Positions 19,161 through 27,738 of a stretch of 38,608 bases of DNA are shown piece after piece. The stretch lies in UHGV virus genome UHGV-0017704. The stretch is one strand, 5' to 3'. The position numbers and the translations under genes are program-made. Origin of the DNA: a virus. Every line of letters begins with the position of its first letter. The stretch's first letter is position 1. Under the pieces are notes generated by a model that made no database searches, was not told where the DNA came from, and saw only the letters and a list, made by a program, of their open reading frames with translations.

Positions 19161-19794
19161 GGCTATTAAATCATTACCTACACTCTATAGAAAAGATAAA
19201 TTTATTAATACGTTATATGACGCGGGTTACGTATGTTATGATACCGAAGATAGTAAAAACAATGATAACTATAATAACATTTTCTTTTCTAAACTTAATG
19301 AATACGGCTGTTTAAACTATGAATATGATTTGGGGCTTGAACCTCTAACAGATATTCAAGATAGACGTAATAAGATTGAAAGTAAATGGAAAGCGTATGA
19401 AAAATGTTCCGTACAATCTTTACAATCATTGGCAAGCCGTTATTTTGATAATGCTGTTAAAGTATCATATAACGGGGACGCGGAAGTAATGTATACCGCT
19501 CGTTTAGGGTTTAAGAACAAATATTCAGATGACACCTATAACGCGTGGTACAAAGATAACGCCGTAGTGTTCCCCGCTCATATGCTTATGACATGGGTTT
19601 ACGAGAAAAATCGTTGGAGAGATTATTTTACAGACCTTAACTGGGGTAAGGCTAAGAATAATTATCAATGGAACACAATCTCAATGACATGGGAAACAGC
19701 AAAAACAACTGACCGAAAAGGTAAATCATGGGAATATATGAATACGAGAACATGGGAGGAAACACTTAACAATGAAATATACTACGAACTATAA
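19153..19794 (+). CDS. Tail protein (XkdU/P2-I-like)
   Basis: Position. Confidence 0.45.
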   Translation: MNKAIKSLPTLYRKDKFINTLYDAGYVCYDTEDSKNNDNYNNIFFSKLNEYGCLNYEYDLGLEPLTDIQDRRNKIESKWKAYEKCSVQSLQSLASRYFDNAVKVSYNGDAEVMYTARLGFKNKYSDDTYNAWYKDNAVVFPAHMLMTWVYEKNRWRDYFTDLNWGKAKNNYQWNTISMTWETAKTTDRKGKSWEYMNTRTWEETLNNEIYYEL

Positions 19795-20341
19795 TTTGTA
19801 TAAGCCCGACTATGAAGATACTATCGACGTTGATTTTCTCAACAAGAACATGGACGTCCTAGACAATCAAATTAACGGGCTTGACTATGTGCAGAATGTG
19901 AGCACATCTGATAATGGTTTAACATTTATCAAACGTAATGGTGATACTATTCCAGTATCATTAAACTATCTTTCAATCACGGGCGGTAACTTAACGGGCG
20001 ATTTGACTATAAAAGGTGACCCGCTATATTACGTTGATGATGTGATTACAGATACTTCTAACCCTAATTACGATTTAAAATCTGTCAAATATAGTGACGG
20101 AACATTAAAAAATGTAGTGACTATTAAACAAAATATAGGGGTTACTACAATTACATTTTTAATACCTTTTAAATCTATTGACGATTTAGAGGCGTATTCC
20201 GCTCGGTTCGCTATTGGTAGCAATAATACAGGTCAAGAAAATATGTACACTATTGCACATTTAACAACAACGTCATTTCAAACAGCCAACGGGGCGAACG
20301 CGTCAAGACAACAAACAACTATCGTGGGGCGTTGGAAATAA
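19772..20341 (+). CDS. Tail fiber / receptor-binding protein (paralog 1)
   Basis: N-terminus NLYKPDYEDTIDVDFLNKNMDVLDNQINGLDYV is shared with 20725..21330. Ends in GRWK. Confidence 0.55.
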   Translation: MKYTTNYNLYKPDYEDTIDVDFLNKNMDVLDNQINGLDYVQNVSTSDNGLTFIKRNGDTIPVSLNYLSITGGNLTGDLTIKGDPLYYVDDVITDTSNPNYDLKSVKYSDGTLKNVVTIKQNIGVTTITFLIPFKSIDDLEAYSARFAIGSNNTGQENMYTIAHLTTTSFQTANGANASRQQTTIVGRWK

Positions 20342-20353
20342 GGAGGAAAATAA

Positions 20354-20725
20354 ATGTTAGGTACTAAAATGTTAAAAAGTGAATTTAATCAAACCGAATA
20401 CGCTAAAATGGCGAACTGGTGCAATAGTCACCAATACAAAACTATCAAGGATATGGGCGATTATTACGAGGTAGTAGACTGTACACCAACGCAAGCGGAA
20501 ATGAACACGGGTAAAAAAGCGGAATTGTTAGTACAATTAAAAGATGTGAACACACAAATTCAAGAATTGGACGTTGCCTCCATGTGTGATAACGGGGACG
20601 ATACAACGGACGTTGTGGTTAATGGCGAACTTGTTACCATGACAGCTGAGGAACTAGACGATTATCATACAAATGTTATGGCGTTACGCACTAACATTTT
20701 ACAGCAAATTAAGGAGTTGAAATAA
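20354..20725 (+). CDS. Hypothetical (fiber assembly?) protein
   Basis: Lies between the two fiber paralogs. Confidence 0.35.
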   Translation: MLGTKMLKSEFNQTEYAKMANWCNSHQYKTIKDMGDYYEVVDCTPTQAEMNTGKKAELLVQLKDVNTQIQELDVASMCDNGDDTTDVVVNGELVTMTAEELDDYHTNVMALRTNILQQIKELK

Positions 20726-21330
20726 TGGCAACTAATACACCTAAGTTAAACCTAGTTAAGCCCGAAATGTCAGACTATGCTGATATTCGTGTACTCAATG
20801 GAAACATGGACATTTTAGACAATGCTATTGGCGGGCTTGATTATGTGAAAGACGTCACAAAATCGGACGAGGGTTTAACGTTTACTAAAAAAGATGATAG
20901 CAAAATTAATGTACCTCTTGACTACATGAAAATTACAGGCGGTAACTTTACGGGAGATATTACTGTACAAGAAAAGCCTGTTATTAGTATCGTTGAAACT
21001 ATTACAAGCGATAACGGGTATGTTATTAAATATTCCAACGGATACATGGAACAGCATTATAAAATCATGGCAACAACACCGCAATTTTACACCCTTAATT
21101 TTTTAGCTCCGTTTTATGATACTAATTACGTTATAAGTACATGTGGCGAAAAACAAGATATTGGAGAGTATGGTTCATTTGTTGATTATGTAGGCGAAAC
21201 GCTTGGGGCTACTCAACCCGATAAGGTACTAACTACAACGTCAATTACTTTATCATATCATTATTCTTGGGCGTTTGGTGCAGTAAATAAACAGAAACTT
21301 ATGGCTAACCTTTGGGGACGTTGGAAGTAA
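20725..21330 (+). CDS. Tail fiber / receptor-binding protein (paralog 2)
   Basis: N-terminus LNLVKPEMSDYADIRVLNGNMDILDNAIGGLDYV. C-terminus GRWK. Confidence 0.55.
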   Translation: MATNTPKLNLVKPEMSDYADIRVLNGNMDILDNAIGGLDYVKDVTKSDEGLTFTKKDDSKINVPLDYMKITGGNFTGDITVQEKPVISIVETITSDNGYVIKYSNGYMEQHYKIMATTPQFYTLNFLAPFYDTNYVISTCGEKQDIGEYGSFVDYVGETLGATQPDKVLTTTSITLSYHYSWAFGAVNKQKLMANLWGRWK

Positions 21331-21335
21331 TTTAT

Positions 21336-21370
21336 AGAGGCGGGAATATTCCCGCCTCTATTACTTTATG
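21336..21370 (+). terminator. Rho-independent terminator
   Basis: Perfect palindrome AGAGGCGGGAATATTCCCGCCTCT followed by ATTACTTTAT. Confidence 0.65.
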
Positions 21371-21396
21371 TAATATTAATTATGCTATTTAAGTAT

Positions 21397-21425
21397 TTGA
21401 CGTATAACGTGACTTGCTGTATTAT
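21397..21425 (+). promoter_or_regulatory. Early-type promoter
   Basis: TTGACG-17-TATTATAAT. The ~100-bp terminator-promoter cassette is homologous to 11960..12055. Confidence 0.5.
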
Positions 21426-21479
21426 AATAAGTGTAAAGGGGAAACGCCCCGAGGTATATTAAAATAGGAGGTAACAATT

Positions 21480-21641
21480 ATGTTATACAATATTTGGTTT
21501 AATGGTAAAATGATTACTAGTGAAGTTAGTTTTATGGACGCTTGCTTATATTTAAGCGAACATTGTTTAATCATAGTGGATGAAGTTGAAGATTTAGAAG
21601 ATGATAACTATACTGTAAATTTATATTGCGTGGAGGCTTAA
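21480..21641 (+). CDS. Small hypothetical protein (53 aa)
   Basis: RBS AGGAGGT then ATG. Confidence 0.3.
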   Translation: MLYNIWFNGKMITSEVSFMDACLYLSEHCLIIVDEVEDLEDDNYTVNLYCVEA

Positions 21642-21642
21642 T

Positions 21643-21897
21643 GTGATTGACTTTGTAGGACTAGACGAGATTAAAATTAATGTAAAACTGGTACATAATA
21701 GTGAGGCTCGTATGAGCCTCACTGAACAATTTGAGCGATTTACCAAAGAGCATGACGGGGAAATGTGGACGAGTATGTTAATCTGTATGCTTTATACAGA
21801 AATGGAGGATACTGCTCGCCGTTATGGGTATAAACTTGTGAGTACAAGAGATACAGATACTCTATATATTAAGGTGGTGCATGATGAAACTCTATAA
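21643..21897 (+). CDS. Hypothetical protein
   Basis: GTG start, coupled to the next gene. Confidence 0.4.
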   Translation: MIDFVGLDEIKINVKLVHNSEARMSLTEQFERFTKEHDGEMWTSMLICMLYTEMEDTARRYGYKLVSTRDTDTLYIKVVHDETL

Positions 21898-23134
21898 ATA
21901 CCAACAAGATATTATAGACAAGTTAAAACCTTATAATAAGTGTGCATTATATTTGGAAGCGGGATGTGGAAAAACGCATACGTCATCATGTAAAGCCGTA
22001 TCGTATAACGTACCTATTATTGTAGTAGCACCTAAAGCGGTTATACCTCAATGGGTGGAACATTTTAAAGACAATCACCCCGAATGGTGGTTGTATGATT
22101 TATCCAATAAACAGCAATTAGCCGACTTTGTAAAATCTAAAGAGCCTAAAAGGTGCGGTATTATTACATACGGGTTAACTTGGAGGCGTCCCGAACTACT
22201 TAAAATGAGTGGATACACTCTTATTCTTGACGAGGCTCATAATATTTGTAGTCCTACATCCAAACAGACAAAGGGCGTTATGAAGTTGAAGTATGATAAT
22301 CTTATTCTACTCACTGGTACGCCAAATGGAGGACGTTACGAAAAACTTTATACGCAAATGAAAATGCTTGGATATAAACCTAACAAAAAGAAGTTTGAAG
22401 ATAGATATTGTAATATGTTCACTATGGAAACAGGCGGGGTAAAATTCAAAGTGCTTTCAAAGTCAAACCCTTATAAAAATATCGATGAGCTTAATACGAT
22501 ATTGAGGGATGACTTGCATTGTGTATTCTTGAAAACGAGTGACGTACACGAGTTACCGCCACAACGTTTTTTGCCTGTTCATATTGCTGTGTCTAAAGAG
22601 TATCAGAAATTTCTTAAAGATGAATATGTAGACCTTGGCGATAGGGAATATATAGCGGGTTCGCCTACTGATAAATTATTGTACTCACGTTATCTATGTG
22701 GGGTTGACAATAAAAACAAGATAGAGGTACTCACAACATTGTTAGAGGGAATAGAAGATAGGGTGATTATATTCTACAACTTCAAAATAGAAAACGATGT
22801 ACTCACAAAATTATGTAAGAAATTAAAAAAACCCGTATTCACGTGTGACGGGGCTGTAAAGCAAATCGATAAATTTAAAAGTATCGATAATTCAGTATTG
22901 TTAGTACAATATCAAGCGGGAGCAACTGGACTCAATCTACAATTCTGTAATAAGGTTATTTATTTCAGTCCTACACTATCATCTAACTTATACGAGCAGT
23001 CTAAGGCAAGGACGTGGCGTATCGGACAAGAGAATAAGTGTACTTATTGGAAATTAAAATGCGGGGTTGAGTACGATATTTACAACGCATTGAACAGCAA
23101 AAATGATTATACGTTGAAATTATTTGAGGGGTAA
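21881..23134 (+). CDS. SNF2-family (DEAH) helicase
   Basis: Motif I EAGCGKTH, motif II LILDEAHN, motif III LLTGTP. C-terminal GATGLNLQ and QSKARTWRIGQ. Confidence 0.8.
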   Translation: MMKLYKYQQDIIDKLKPYNKCALYLEAGCGKTHTSSCKAVSYNVPIIVVAPKAVIPQWVEHFKDNHPEWWLYDLSNKQQLADFVKSKEPKRCGIITYGLTWRRPELLKMSGYTLILDEAHNICSPTSKQTKGVMKLKYDNLILLTGTPNGGRYEKLYTQMKMLGYKPNKKKFEDRYCNMFTMETGGVKFKVLSKSNPYKNIDELNTILRDDLHCVFLKTSDVHELPPQRFLPVHIAVSKEYQKFLKDEYVDLGDREYIAGSPTDKLLYSRYLCGVDNKNKIEVLTTLLEGIEDRVIIFYNFKIENDVLTKLCKKLKKPVFTCDGAVKQIDKFKSIDNSVLLVQYQAGATGLNLQFCNKVIYFSPTLSSNLYEQSKARTWRIGQENKCTYWKLKCGVEYDIYNALNSKNDYTLKLFEG

Positions 23135-23750
23135 TGTGATGATTAGAATTGAGAATTTACAAGTATACGGGTTTGAAAGTGCTATGAGAGGACTAAGAAA
23201 CCCTATGAACTCATGGAGCTTAAATGATACTATAGGGAATAAGATTGGCGATAATGATTTGACGTTATTGAAACGATTATGTAAAGCTGGTTCAGACCAT
23301 AGGAAAGCATTACGTCAAATGTTTATATCGTGTGACATTACAGCACCTTTATATTGGTGGAAAGAGTTTGATACCTATAAAGTAGGTGTCACGTCAAATA
23401 GTCAATCAACTATGCACAAGTTATGTAGTAGAGCGTTGAGCGTACATGATTTTAGTTTTGATGATATGCACGATAACGAATGTATCGTGAATGAAGTCAT
23501 TGACAATCTAAACGCTAGAATTGCTGACTATCAGATGACTAAGAATAAAAATCTATGGAGAACGATTATACAGTTATTACCATGTGCATATAATCAGACG
23601 CGAACAATCACGATGAACTATGAGAACGTACTCAATATGTACTCACAACGTAAATATCATAAGTTATCTGAATGGCGTGAGTTTTGCTATCGGATGTACT
23701 ACCATTTACCATATTTCAAAGTTCTAGTTGACGAGTTAGAAAATAAGTGA
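23124..23750 (+). CDS. ThyX-like (flavin-dependent thymidylate synthase fold) protein with non-canonical active site
   Basis: Recalled alignment to ThyX: ..FISCDITAPLYWW..TSNSQSTMH versus FTF.IEG..HQLVRHRIASYSQQSQRY, and C-terminal LSEWREF versus AQWEIRE. The RHR motif is replaced by TYK. Alternative start at 23139. Confidence 0.45.
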   Translation: MRGNVMIRIENLQVYGFESAMRGLRNPMNSWSLNDTIGNKIGDNDLTLLKRLCKAGSDHRKALRQMFISCDITAPLYWWKEFDTYKVGVTSNSQSTMHKLCSRALSVHDFSFDDMHDNECIVNEVIDNLNARIADYQMTKNKNLWRTIIQLLPCAYNQTRTITMNYENVLNMYSQRKYHKLSEWREFCYRMYYHLPYFKVLVDELENK

Positions 23751-23805
23751 TATAATGTGAGTACGTTATGGAGGTGATAATATAGCAGAAGAGAAACGCT
23801 ATGAA

Positions 23806-24135
23806 ATGAAATTCAGACGTTGGCTTGAAAGTAAAGGAATATATAAAATAGGTACGCCGAAGCAAAAAATAAAAGTACCTCAAATAGGGATATTCATGAA
23901 AAATGCGGGAACACTGTTCAGCACCAACGGGACTCCAGATTATTTACTTGATATTAGAGGGCGGGCTATTTGGTTGGAATTTAAAGCCTCTAAAGGACGC
24001 CCGTCTATCCCTCAAATAAAAATAGTTGACAATATAAACTCATGGGGCGGGGTGGCTAGAATTATATATCCTAAAGATTTTGAGGAAACGTGTAAACTAA
24101 TAGAGGAGGTAATAAATGAGACGGGAGGAGTATGA
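23806..24135 (+). CDS. VRR-NUC domain nuclease
   Basis: GTPDYLLDIRGRAIWLEFKASKGRPSIPQ matches the PD-(D/E)xK VRR-NUC core. Typical partner of SNF2 helicases. Confidence 0.6.
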   Translation: MKFRRWLESKGIYKIGTPKQKIKVPQIGIFMKNAGTLFSTNGTPDYLLDIRGRAIWLEFKASKGRPSIPQIKIVDNINSWGGVARIIYPKDFEETCKLIEEVINETGGV

Positions 24136-24820
24136 GAAGTATTATCGTAGACAGAATTATGTAAAATGCGGTGCTGAATTATATGCTAAATTCTATAGAA
24201 CGTATGATAATATTAAAGCTAGATGTTACAATAAGAATAACCACAAATATAAAAGCTATGGTGCAAAAGGTGTGGTAATGTGTGACGAGTGGTTACAATC
24301 ACGTGAAGCGTTTATAAAGTGGTGTGATGAACATTGTAAAGATATTACATTAAGTATAGAACGTATAAATGTTAATGGGAACTATGAGCCGAGTAATTGC
24401 ACTTGGATAACCATGAAACAGCAAGCGAAAAACAGACGAGACTCAATAAAAGTAAATTATTATGGTACTGAATATTGTTTACGCGATTTATGTTCTAAAT
24501 TAGGATATAATCATAATGAATACAAGCGAATACATGCGAGAATTGCATATGAAAACTGGGATGTTTATAAGGCAATTGAAACGCCTATAAATCATAACGA
24601 TAATAAATCAAAATATTTAAAACCCTCATACACCTATAAAGGTTATACAAATAGTTTAAGACAAATATGTAAACATTTCAACTTAAATTATGGGGCTATT
24701 AAATATCGTGTAATTAGTGGAATGTCAGTAAAGGACGCTTGTGATAAAGGTACAGAAAAGCCATACACATATGTTAAGCGTGTATCTAATTTAGGAGGGA
24801 AACATTTTGACAAACATTGA
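24116..24820 (+). CDS. HNH-like homing endonuclease paralog C (divergent, long C-terminal domain)
   Basis: [42 protein letters not shown]. Confidence 0.6.
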   Translation: MRREEYEKYYRRQNYVKCGAELYAKFYRTYDNIKARCYNKNNHKYKSYGAKGVVMCDEWLQSREAFIKWCDEHCKDITLSIERINVNGNYEPSNCTWITMKQQAKNRRDSIKVNYYGTEYCLRDLCSKLGYNHNEYKRIHARIAYENWDVYKAIETPINHNDNKSKYLKPSYTYKGYTNSLRQICKHFNLNYGAIKYRVISGMSVKDACDKGTEKPYTYVKRVSNLGGKHFDKH

Positions 24821-25384
24821 ACGATTTGAAAGCCTGTTAAGAGAAACGGGTAAAGATAACATTGAAAACCTTATTCAATATTATAGGGATAGTGATTTTT
24901 ATACTGCATGGGCTAGTAGCAGTTATCACTTGAATATGGACGGAGGCTTATTACAGCATAGTTTGAATGTATGTGATTATGCGTTAAAATTATGGGAAAG
25001 TTTTAAATCTAACGTGAGCCGTGAAAGCGTAATTTTTTGTGCATTGACGCATGATACTCTGGCAAGTGCGGGTTGAAAGGTGATGAATATTACGTTCCTA
25101 ATACCTTAAAAAGCGGGAACATTAGCGGTACTAAACCGATTAAGATAAACCCTAAATTGCGTATTAAAAATCACGCTATGCGGTCAGTATTAACTTTATC
25201 GAAATATGTCGATATGACAGAGGACGAAAAAGTATGTATTATTAATCATGACGGGTTTTATCAAGCAGAAAATAGACAGGCTATGCTTGATATATTTGAG
25301 TTGCTCTACATCGTACATAGTGCGGACTTGTACGTAGCTCGTTTTGTAGAGCCTGTTAAATCATATAAGAAAGGAGATATTTAA
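24807..25384 (+). pseudogene. HD-domain phosphohydrolase split by a -1 frameshift at ~25073
   Basis: ORF 24807..25076 carries H (LLQHSLNV) and HD (ALTHD). ORF 25073..25384 carries the downstream H..HD..D motifs (NHAMRS, IINHDG, VHSADL). The frames differ by -1 and overlap by 4 nt. Confidence 0.45.
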
Positions 25385-25848
25385 TGTCAGTACATTCTAA
25401 ACTAAAGGAAATTCAAAAAAAATTGAAAGCCCCTAAAAATCAGAAAAACACATTTGGTGGTTATAAATATCGAAATTGTGAGGACATTTTAGAGGCTGTG
25501 AAGCCGTTACTCTATGAAAATAATTGCACATTAACTATCACGGATGAAGTAGTAGCTGTTATTGACAGCGTATATGTACAGGCTACTGCTACATTGACAG
25601 ATTGTGAAAGCGGTGAGGGCGTTACAGCTACCGCATACGCAAGGGAACAAGAAACAGCAAAAGGGGCAACAGCACCTCAATTAACTGGAGCTTGTAGTAG
25701 TTATGCTAGGAAGTATGCGTTGAACGGGTTATTCTGTATTGACGATACCAAAGACGCTGACGCTACTAATACGGGTGATGAACCTCAACAAGCACCGAAA
25801 AGACGCTCACGCCGTAAAATTGCGGTTGACGAAACGTGTCCATTCTGA
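25384..25848 (+). CDS. Erf-family single-strand annealing protein
   Basis: KNQKNTFGGYKYRNCEDILEAVKPLL and C-terminal SSYARKYALNGLFCIDD are typical of Erf. Confidence 0.6.
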   Translation: MSVHSKLKEIQKKLKAPKNQKNTFGGYKYRNCEDILEAVKPLLYENNCTLTITDEVVAVIDSVYVQATATLTDCESGEGVTATAYAREQETAKGATAPQLTGACSSYARKYALNGLFCIDDTKDADATNTGDEPQQAPKRRSRRKIAVDETCPF

Positions 25849-25896
25849 TATAATATAGTTATTCTAATTTAATTGTTTGACGTAGGAGGTAATAAT

Positions 25897-26358
25897 ATGT
25901 CATTTGAAAATTTTAATATGGACTTTGAACAATATAAATCTGATATTGCTGAGATTCAACAGCAAGAAAAACCAAAAAAAGAATATAAAGACCCTACGGA
26001 CGGGACGTATACGTGTGATATTGTATCTTTGGAATTAGGTACTAACAAAGCGGGTGATAAGCTCATGTTAAAGGGTAGTTTCAAAATCACCGACGGCGAA
26101 TTTATGAACTCTCGTTTATGGGTAAACAAATGTATCCGAGGGACAAAAAATGACGCTTTCAGCTTAAAAATGGCGTTGGAATTTTTAAATAGCCTAGGAG
26201 CGGAACAAGTCGCAGAATATGTCGGAGATTTTGACGATTTACAAAAACAAATAGAAATTATTTATGCAGATGTTAGAAACTGTACATTTATCGTAAAAAA
26301 ACATACAAATGAAAACGGGTTCTCCAATTTGTATATTGAAGATGTTTATGATAATTAA
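25897..26358 (+). CDS. Hypothetical protein (possible ssDNA-binding partner of Erf)
   Basis: ATG after TAGGAGGT. The ORF track lists 25873. Confidence 0.4.
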   Translation: MSFENFNMDFEQYKSDIAEIQQQEKPKKEYKDPTDGTYTCDIVSLELGTNKAGDKLMLKGSFKITDGEFMNSRLWVNKCIRGTKNDAFSLKMALEFLNSLGAEQVAEYVGDFDDLQKQIEIIYADVRNCTFIVKKHTNENGFSNLYIEDVYDN

Positions 26359-26367
26359 TTATAAACT

Positions 26368-26402
26368 AGGGCGTTAATATTGACGCCCTATATCTTTTAT
26401 TT
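26368..26402 (+). terminator. Rho-independent terminator
   Basis: AGGGCGTTAATATTGACGCCCT followed by a T-run. Confidence 0.65.
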
Positions 26403-26426
26403 TAAAGTTAACGAGGTGGTAAGGGT

Positions 26427-27035
26427 ATGCTAAACAAAAAAGAAAATCAAAATGCTAGAAAATACGAGATAGGTTATGACTCAAACAGTAGATTATATTG
26501 TACATATAAGAATATGAAGCGTAGATGTTATGACACAAAAATTCCAAAGTATAAAAGTTATGGCGGGCGTGGAATTGCTGTATGCAATGAGTGGCGTAAT
26601 AGTTATCTAGCTTTTAAAGAATGGGCTATAAATAACGGGTACAACGATATGTTAACCCTAGACCGCATAGACGTTAACGGAAATTATGAGCCTAATAATT
26701 GTAGGTGGATAACAAAACTAGAGCAAAGGTGGAATAGAACAGATACAGTATATGTAACATATAAAGGAAAACAATATTGTATATCTTATATCTTACGTGA
26801 GCTTGGGCTATTAAGTCATATGTCATCAATTAAAAAACGTATAAAAAACGGGATGAGTTTTGACGAAGCAGTAACAAAACCATTTGACAGACGTATGCTA
26901 ATAGAATATAACGGGGTAATAAAATCTATAGACGAATGGGCTAATTTTTATGGAATTAAAAAACACACTCTATATAAAAGATTGACCAAAATGAAATTAT
27001 CATTTGAAGAGGCAATAAAATATAAGAAAAGTTGA
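26427..27035 (+). CDS. HNH-like homing endonuclease paralog D
   Basis: RLYCTYKNMKRRCYD..YGGRGIAVCNEW..LTLDRIDVNGNYEPNNCRWIT. Confidence 0.7.
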   Translation: MLNKKENQNARKYEIGYDSNSRLYCTYKNMKRRCYDTKIPKYKSYGGRGIAVCNEWRNSYLAFKEWAINNGYNDMLTLDRIDVNGNYEPNNCRWITKLEQRWNRTDTVYVTYKGKQYCISYILRELGLLSHMSSIKKRIKNGMSFDEAVTKPFDRRMLIEYNGVIKSIDEWANFYGIKKHTLYKRLTKMKLSFEEAIKYKKS

Positions 27036-27045
27036 ATCTAACACT

Positions 27046-27106
27046 TTACAAATTAGGATATTTGGTGTATTCTAATTATAGAAGATAAAGTTACTTATGG
27101 AGGTAA
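27046..27106 (+). repeat. 61-bp regulatory cassette (putative promoter plus RBS), copy 1, identical to 36793..36853
   Basis: TTACAAATTAGGATATTTGGTGTATTCTAATTATAGAAGATAAAGTTACTTATGGAGGTAA, 61/61 identical. Confidence 0.8.
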
Positions 27107-27111
27107 TAAAA

Positions 27112-27291
27112 ATGACAACTTATGATTTACATGAATTAGCAATTAAAAAAGTGATTGAGTTAGGTTTAACTAAAGAAGATGTAATCAAACTAACAGGGTT
27201 ATCAAATTCAACCATATCAAAATTCATGAAAGGTAAAATGGTAGAGGGTAGTATCTGTAAAATTTATGACAAAGTTATGGCGGTGAAATAA
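27112..27291 (+). CDS. Small XRE/Cro-like HTH protein (60 aa)
   Basis: LTKEDVIKLTGLSNSTISKFMKG helix-turn-helix. The ORF track lists 27097. Confidence 0.5.
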   Translation: MTTYDLHELAIKKVIELGLTKEDVIKLTGLSNSTISKFMKGKMVEGSICKIYDKVMAVK

Positions 27292-27292
27292 T

Positions 27293-27685
27293 ATGAAATG
27301 GTTTAAAGAATACAATGCTAACCCCTACGGGGAAAATATCGATGATTGTGTAATTAGGGCAATAAGCGTTGCACTTGACATTAATTACTGGGACGTGTTC
27401 GATGAATTATGTGAGTACGCGGGAGATAATCGTGAACCAAATCAATGTAACGTATTTTTGCCGTGGCTCATTAAACAAGGTTATGAGGTTAGGGAGGTAA
27501 CTGAAAAGCTCACGTTATCTAAGTTTTTAAATAACCTACATAAATGCGATAATGTGGAAGATGTTAATATGTTATGCATGGTTAACGGACACCTAACAGT
27601 AATAAAGAATGGTTATTGTTTAGATACATGGGACGCGGGGCGATATAAATTGAATTTCATTATCATTAAGGATGTAGAGTATTAA
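27293..27685 (+). CDS. Hypothetical protein with a possible papain/C39-like Cys..His arrangement
   Basis: NIDDCVIRAISVAL near the N-terminus and VNGHLTVIKNGYCLDTWD near the C-terminus. Weak. Confidence 0.3.
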   Translation: MKWFKEYNANPYGENIDDCVIRAISVALDINYWDVFDELCEYAGDNREPNQCNVFLPWLIKQGYEVREVTEKLTLSKFLNNLHKCDNVEDVNMLCMVNGHLTVIKNGYCLDTWDAGRYKLNFIIIKDVEY

Positions 27686-27738
27686 TGAGTAAAAAGAAAT
27701 ACACTGTCATGCGGTAGTAGGATAGGAGGTAAATCTAA

